Shown piece after piece: positions 58,591 through 64,000 of a DNA stretch of 64,000 nt. The position numbers were made by a program, and so were the translations under genes. Origin of the DNA: a virus; the IMG/VR virus record IMGVR_UViG_3300035670_000060, positions 1 to 64,000 of that record, one strand, 5' to 3'. The notes below the pieces were generated by a model. The model did not search any database. It was not told where the DNA came from and saw nothing but the letters and a program-made list of their open reading frames with translations. Each line of letters opens with the position of its first letter. Within the stretch, counting starts at the first letter, position 1.

Positions 58591-59249
58591 AAATCTTCTA
58601 TGTTATAATTTTTCATTGTCGATTCAAAATTACCTTTATACATCTTATTGCCTAAATGGTAAACTGTATGATTCGGTTTGATCCAGATTTTGTAACCGAG
58701 TTCTCGAATCTTATTTGAAAGTGTAATATCTTCACCAACAAAAGCTCCGTTTATGTATGTAAATTCACATATGTTTTTTAATTTCTTACTACGAAAATCT
58801 AATTCAACATTAGAGATCCATAAATCTTTAATGACTTTTTTGGAAAGTTTTAGAAAGCCTGTTCCTACACGAGATGCTGTCAGATAACCATCTTTCGGAT
58901 CTCTCTTGACCACACTGTTAAAATAAACGTTATACTGTATATTTGTATCACCTTTATTTACAACTGGTATAGCGATGACATCTTTTGGTGAAGAAAGAAT
59001 TTCAATCAATGCTTTCTCATCCCACATTTCATCATCGTCAATGAATACCATTGCATCATAATTTTCTTTGTATGCTAAATTAAAGAGTTCATTTCTGGCC
59101 ATTGGAAGAATACTTTCATTGGCCAGAAACACTACATTGATTGACAAATCGTGTTTCAATCCTAACTTAATAGATTCACATAAACTATGAACGAAATATG
59201 CGTCTACTTTTTGATCTAAACATGGTGTAGCAATTAATATACGTTTCAT
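58587..59249 (-). CDS. GT-A-fold glycosyltransferase-like protein (same family as 11146..11982)
   Basis: IATP, ESILPMARN, FIDDD, GTGF, GED. Confidence 0.7.
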   Translation of the reverse strand: MKRILIATPCLDQKVDAYFVHSLCESIKLGLKHDLSINVVFLANESILPMARNELFNLAYKENYDAMVFIDDDEMWDEKALIEILSSPKDVIAIPVVNKGDTNIQYNVYFNSVVKRDPKDGYLTASRVGTGFLKLSKKVIKDLWISNVELDFRSKKLKNICEFTYINGAFVGEDITLSNKIRELGYKIWIKPNHTVYHLGNKMYKGNFESTMKNYNIEDL

Positions 59250-59284
59250 AACATACCTTTTCTTTCATCATTGTTCACACAGCC

Positions 59285-59313
59285 ATTGTATATATTGTCA
59301 CATAAAATGTCAA
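59285..59313 (-). promoter_or_regulatory. Sigma70-type promoter for the glycosyltransferase/sulfation cluster
   Basis: TTGACA-17 nt-TACAAT. Confidence 0.65.
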
Positions 59314-62300
59314 GTAACTCTTTTCTCTAGTGCTTCAAGTCTACTCTTAAGTGCATCTATTTCATTCGACATCTCATTAATTGTATTGACAAGAACTGGT
59401 ATCAAATGATCATTTGTCATTTGAAGTTTTTCCGGCATCTCTTTACTTACGATGACAGGATTGTCACCTTCAGCCTCTAGAATGTTTTGTGCGCTGAAAC
59501 CATATCGTTTTCTGGTATCCGTAATTTCACCAGTGTCTCGATTTTTAAATGAGAATTCAATTGGTGTAATCTTTCGAAGAAAATCTCTACCGTGTGGAAC
59601 AGGTCCGAAGATTGTTTTGTCACGAACATCTGAAACAGTAGTCCAACCAATTTGAATTTGAGCGCAAGTATGTGCATTATTGCCCATGATGATGCGATTT
59701 GATTCAGTTGTGATATTAGCTAGACCAATTGTTCCAACAGCAGCATTGCATCCAAAGAAAAGATTGTTGCTGCCAGTGGTGTTACAGTAACCAGCACATT
59801 GACCAGCAAAGATGTTATTATTGCCAGTGGTGTTAGCAGCACCAGCAGCATTACCAATGAAATTATTGTTAGAGCCAGTGGTGTTATTTAAACCAGCACT
59901 TTGACCAAAGAAATTATTACTACAGCCAGTGGTATTGCCATAACCAGCACTTGAACCAATGAAATTATTAAAACCGCCAGTGGTATTGTAGCGACCAGCA
60001 CTTGCACCAAAGAAATTATTACTAGTGCCAGTGGTGTTGTTTAGACCAGCACTTGCACCAAAGAAATTATTACTAGTGCCAGTGGTGTTACTGCAACCAG
60101 CATTCACACCAATGAAATTATTGTAACTGCCAGTGGTGTTCTTGTAACCAGCACGATTACCAATGAAATTGTTATGTCCGCCAGTTGTGTTATAGTAACC
60201 AGCACGATTACCAAAAAAATTATTTTGGCTGCCAGTGGTATTATAGTAGCCAGTTTGCCTACCAAAGAAATTATTATAATTGCCTGTGGTATTATAGAAA
60301 CCTGCTAATGGACCAAAGAAATTGTTACAATTACCTGTTGTGTTACAGTAACCAGCACATGCACCAAAGAAATTATTAAAAAATCCAGTGGTATTATTGT
60401 TACCAGCCACGTAACCCATAAAATTATTATAAGCGCCTGTGGTGGTATTGCGACCAGCACATAAACCAGCGAAGAAGTTGTAACAGGCATCGTTACAGTA
60501 ACCAGCTGCTAAACCAATAAAAATATTACCAATGCCTGTGACGTTAAAGCGACCTGCATCTTTTCCAAAGAAAGTATTATTGCTACCAGTTGTATTTTTA
60601 CAACCAGCAAGATTACCAATGAAAGTGTTATAACTGCCATTAGTATTACAGAGACCAGCACATTGACCAATGAAAGTATTGCCACTGCCAGTGGTATTGC
60701 CATAACCAGATACAAGACCAAAGAAATTATTATGACATCCAGTGGTGTTGCTGGAACCAGCTTGATTACCAAAGAAATTATTACAACTGCCAGTGGTATT
60801 AGTTATGCCAGCAGCATTACCAAAGAAATTATTATGACAGCCACTGCTATTGCCGCGACCAGCATATCGACCAAAGAAATTATTAAAACAGCCAGTAGTA
60901 TTGTAGCGACCAGCACAACAACCAATGAAATTATTATAACTGCCAGTGGTATTGTAGCGACCAGCACAAAAACCAATAAAATTATTACTAGTGCCAGTGG
61001 TGTTAGAGAAACCAGCACATTGACCAAAGAAATTATTATTACAGCCAGTGGTATTGGAGCGACCAGCACTTGGACCAAAGAAATTATTATTGCTGCCAGT
61101 GGTGTTACAGAAACCAGCCCATCTACCAAAGAAATTATTAAAACAGCCAGTGGTGTTATTGCGACCAGCACATAGACCAAAGAAATTATTATAGCTGCCT
61201 GTTGTGTTAACCAAACCAGCACTATTACCAATGAAATTATTATTGCTACCCGTCGTGTTACAGTAGCCAGCCGACTCACCAAAGAAATTATTATGACTGC
61301 CTGTTGTGTTAAAGCGTCCGGTATAATAACCAAAGAAATTATTATTGCTGCCTGTTGTGTTCAAACAACCAGCACTTCCACCAAAGAAATTATTCTTCCA
61401 GCCTGTTGTGTTACATAAACCAGCACAACGACCAAAGAAATTATTATAGCTGCCTGCTGTGTTAAAGTAACCAGCACTTAGACCAAAGAAATTATTACAG
61501 CCGCCTGTTGTGTTACAGAAACCAGCACTTTGACCAAAGAAATTATTATTACAGCCAGTGGTGTTACTGTAACCAGCAGCGCAACCAAAGAAATTATTGT
61601 GATTGCCAATTGTATTGGAAAAACCAGCACTTTGACCAAAAAAGTTATTCCAAGCACCACTGATATTACACATACCAGCACAAAGACCAGCAAAGAAGTT
61701 ACAACCGCCAATGATATTGTAGCGACCAGCATTTAAACCGATAAAAGTATTATGACAGCCTGTTGTATTACAGAAACCTGCACATCGATTAATAAAGGTA
61801 TTATATTTGCCATTGGTATTAAAACGACCAGCATCACGACCAAGGAAAATATTATCATTACCATCGATATTAGCGTAACCAGCACATTGACCAGCAAAGA
61901 AGTTATAACTGCCAGTGATGTTACAGTAACCAGCAGCGCAACCAAAGAAATTATTATTACATCCAGTGGTATTATTAATACCAGCAAAATGACCAAAGAA
62001 ATTATTAAATCTAGCAGTGGTGGTAGAACGACCTGCTTGATTACCAATGAAAGTATTACCAAATCCAGTGGTATTAGCGTAACCAGCATAGTAACCAATG
62101 AAATTATTAGAACCACCAGTGGTGTTACAGTAACCAGCACATGTACCAGCAAAGAAGTTATGACAGCCAGTGGTATTACTGTAACCAGCAAGATAACCAA
62201 AGAAATTATTCATACTGCCAGTGGTGTTACTGTAACCAGCACATAAACCTGCGAAAAAGTTATGACTACCAGTGGTGTTACATAAACCAGCACATGCACC

Positions 62301-63839
62301 AATAAAAGTATTATGACTGCCAGTGGTGTTAAAGCGACCAGCGCATAAACCTGCGAAAAAGTTATAGCTACCGTAGTTATTGGCTAAACCAGCACTGTTA
62401 CCGAAGAAATTATTGTGACTGCCAGCATTCAAATAACCAGCAAAATGACCAAAGCTATTATTATTACAACCAGTAATGCTAAGAAAACCAGCATAGCGAC
62501 CAAGGTAATTATTATGACTGCCAGTGGTATTGGAGCGACCAGCTTGATTACCAAAAAAGTTATTATAACAACCAGTGGTGTTAAGACGACCAGCAGCTAG
62601 ACCAAAGAAATTATTAAAACTGCCAGTGGTGTTATTGCAACCAGCACTTTGACCAAAGAAATTATTACCAGCGCCAGTGGTGTTACGAAAACCACTATTA
62701 CATCCTAAAAAGTTATTAAAACTGCCAGTGGTGGTGGCAAAACCTGAAGAAAAACCTGCGAAGAAGTTATGACATCCAGTGGTGTTACAGAAACCAGCAC
62801 ATTGACCGAAGAAAATATTACCAGCGCCAGTGGTGTTATTGTAACCAGCATATTGACCAATGAAAATATTAAAACATCCTGTGGTGTTGTAGCGACCAGC
62901 ACAGGAACCAGCAAAGAAGTTGTGACTACCAGTGCTATTGGCATAACCAGTATAACAACCAAAGAAATTATTATGAGATCCTGTGGTGTTATTGAGACCA
63001 GCAGCAAGACCTAAAAAATTATTCCAACTACCTGTAGTGTTATTTCTACCTGAATTATTACCAATGTAATTATTATTACAGCCTGTAGTATTGTTACGAC
63101 CTGTATATTTTCCAATAAAATTATTGTTAGATGCTGTTTCATTATATAATCCAGCACCTTTACCAAAGAAATTATTGTAAGAACCTGTGCTATTATACTT
63201 ACCAGCTTCATGACCAAAGAAATTGTTATAACATCCGCTACTATTACATCGTCCAGCATTTAAACCAAAAATATTATTAAAACATCCTGTAGTGTTAATA
63301 CAACCAGCATTTTGACCTAAGAAAATGTTCCAACTACCAGCTAAGTTGCATCGGCCAGCAGATTCACCTAAAAAGATATTACTGACGCCAGTGGTGTTAC
63401 AAAAACCAGCTCGTGATCCTGCAAAAAAGTTGCTGCTTCCTCCACCAAAATTACATGACATGCCACTTATTATATTGCAATTACCTTTAGTTACAAATGC
63501 ACTTGTAGTTTTTTCTGTATACCATGCACCACCTGATGCAAAAATTCGTGTGCCTTGTTCTCTATACAATATAATAGATGCTCTACCGTCATCGATAGTT
63601 TCAGCACCTTGCGGATCAATAGTTAAATTAAACGCTACGTTATTGAAAATTTTAAATGACATTCCCTCGGAACTTGCTGCTGGAGGTAAATTGATCGTCC
63701 CCGCTGCTGTTCCGTTATAAACAATGATGTCATTATTATCTTCAGGAGATACCGTATATGCACTCGCAGTGATATTTTTGGTAAGTTCTCTATAAGGAAC
63801 TTGACTGTTGAGTGCCGATATCTGATAAGGTCTTGCCAT
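59310..63839 (-). CDS. Repeat-rich fibre protein with C-terminal intramolecular chaperone (peptidase S74-like), 1509 aa
   Basis: About 72 17-aa NTTG repeats; SDVRDK...YGFSAQ...LIPVLVNTINE plus terminal coiled coil. Confidence 0.85.
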   Translation of the reverse strand: MARPYQISALNSQVPYRELTKNITASAYTVSPEDNNDIIVYNGTAAGTINLPPAASSEGMSFKIFNNVAFNLTIDPQGAETIDDGRASIILYREQGTRIFASGGAWYTEKTTSAFVTKGNCNIISGMSCNFGGGSSNFFAGSRAGFCNTTGVSNIFLGESAGRCNLAGSWNIFLGQNAGCINTTGCFNNIFGLNAGRCNSSGCYNNFFGHEAGKYNSTGSYNNFFGKGAGLYNETASNNNFIGKYTGRNNTTGCNNNYIGNNSGRNNTTGSWNNFLGLAAGLNNTTGSHNNFFGCYTGYANSTGSHNFFAGSCAGRYNTTGCFNIFIGQYAGYNNTTGAGNIFFGQCAGFCNTTGCHNFFAGFSSGFATTTGSFNNFLGCNSGFRNTTGAGNNFFGQSAGCNNTTGSFNNFFGLAAGRLNTTGCYNNFFGNQAGRSNTTGSHNNYLGRYAGFLSITGCNNNSFGHFAGYLNAGSHNNFFGNSAGLANNYGSYNFFAGLCAGRFNTTGSHNTFIGACAGLCNTTGSHNFFAGLCAGYSNTTGSMNNFFGYLAGYSNTTGCHNFFAGTCAGYCNTTGGSNNFIGYYAGYANTTGFGNTFIGNQAGRSTTTARFNNFFGHFAGINNTTGCNNNFFGCAAGYCNITGSYNFFAGQCAGYANIDGNDNIFLGRDAGRFNTNGKYNTFINRCAGFCNTTGCHNTFIGLNAGRYNIIGGCNFFAGLCAGMCNISGAWNNFFGQSAGFSNTIGNHNNFFGCAAGYSNTTGCNNNFFGQSAGFCNTTGGCNNFFGLSAGYFNTAGSYNNFFGRCAGLCNTTGWKNNFFGGSAGCLNTTGSNNNFFGYYTGRFNTTGSHNNFFGESAGYCNTTGSNNNFIGNSAGLVNTTGSYNNFFGLCAGRNNTTGCFNNFFGRWAGFCNTTGSNNNFFGPSAGRSNTTGCNNNFFGQCAGFSNTTGTSNNFIGFCAGRYNTTGSYNNFIGCCAGRYNTTGCFNNFFGRYAGRGNSSGCHNNFFGNAAGITNTTGSCNNFFGNQAGSSNTTGCHNNFFGLVSGYGNTTGSGNTFIGQCAGLCNTNGSYNTFIGNLAGCKNTTGSNNTFFGKDAGRFNVTGIGNIFIGLAAGYCNDACYNFFAGLCAGRNTTTGAYNNFMGYVAGNNNTTGFFNNFFGACAGYCNTTGNCNNFFGPLAGFYNTTGNYNNFFGRQTGYYNTTGSQNNFFGNRAGYYNTTGGHNNFIGNRAGYKNTTGSYNNFIGVNAGCSNTTGTSNNFFGASAGLNNTTGTSNNFFGASAGRYNTTGGFNNFIGSSAGYGNTTGCSNNFFGQSAGLNNTTGSNNNFIGNAAGAANTTGNNNIFAGQCAGYCNTTGSNNLFFGCNAAVGTIGLANITTESNRIIMGNNAHTCAQIQIGWTTVSDVRDKTIFGPVPHGRDFLRKITPIEFSFKNRDTGEITDTRKRYGFSAQNILEAEGDNPVIVSKEMPEKLQMTNDHLIPVLVNTINEMSNEIDALKSRLEALEKRVT
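59750..63430 (-). repeat. Array of about 72 51-nt coding repeats (GxxAGxxNTTGxxNNFF)
   Basis: Same 51-nt unit as 33200-36790. Confidence 0.95.
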
Positions 63840-63841
63840 TT

Positions 63842-64000
63842 TTAGTAGTCTCCGCCTATTGCGTCTATTGCGATTGCGATATTTGTGCCGCCAGCAGCGA
63901 CAGTAGTTCCCGCATAAATTCTATAAGTTGCAGGTAAATTCAATCCACCTAATGGAAGTAACAATGGGTATGTAGTCATTCCTGCTGTCGCTAAAGCTGC
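63842..64000 (-). CDS. C-terminal fragment of a probable virion protein
   Basis: Open frame from the window edge ending ...GLNLPATYRIYAG...AIDAIGGDY*. Confidence 0.6.
   Translation of the reverse strand, partial: AALATAGMTTYPLLLPLGGLNLPATYRIYAGTTVAAGGTNIAIAIDAIGGDY

Noticed and set aside
33200-63430. Diversity-generating retroelement (Asn-rich repeats, Mtd-like gene at 41796..42917)
   Set aside because: No reverse transcriptase or non-coding template repeat in the window; both similar blocks are coding and their differences are not confined to adenines
1-64000. Stop-codon reassignment (alternative genetic code)
   Set aside because: Core genes are full length under the standard code; the only split gene, gp43, is explained by a discrete inserted ORF
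1-64000. tRNA, rRNA or integrase genes
   Set aside because: Intergenic gaps are short and I saw no cloverleaf or recombinase motifs; tRNAscan-SE would confirm

Overview
A 64-kb, AT-rich segment of a T4-like (Tevenvirinae/Kyanoviridae-style) myophage genome, probably aquatic. Essentially every real gene is on the minus strand. In transcription order (high to low coordinates) it carries: a 17-aa-repeat fibre gene with a C-terminal S74 chaperone; a cluster of three glycosyltransferase-like genes, a sulfotransferase and an APS-kinase/nucleotidyltransferase fusion; gp13-gp20 with two gp19 paralogues; a ~15-kb block of fibre and structural genes inserted between the portal and the prohead genes; gp21-gp23, gp3, uvsY, uvsW, gp55, gp47, gp46; peptide deformylase and dCMP deaminase; a putative DNA-hypermodification cassette (TAGT-like glycosyltransferase plus methyltransferase); a repeat-bearing GIY-YIG nuclease; CobT/CobS-like genes; gp45, gp44, gp62, regA and hsp20; a DNA polymerase split into two genes around a 2OG-Fe(II) oxygenase; uvsX; and the start of gp41. 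The most interesting candidates are (1) a self-contained phage sulfation/glycosylation system with a minimal PAPS-synthase-like fusion next to fibre proteins dense in N-X-S/T motifs, (2) the split gp43 with a translationally coupled oxygenase, (3) a structured hsp20 leader with a ROSE-type RNA thermometer and an H-type pseudoknot, and (4) repeat-unit exchange between two fibre genes 28 kb apart. I saw no tRNA, rRNA, CRISPR array or integrase. All calls come from motif recognition and synteny by eye, not from database searches.
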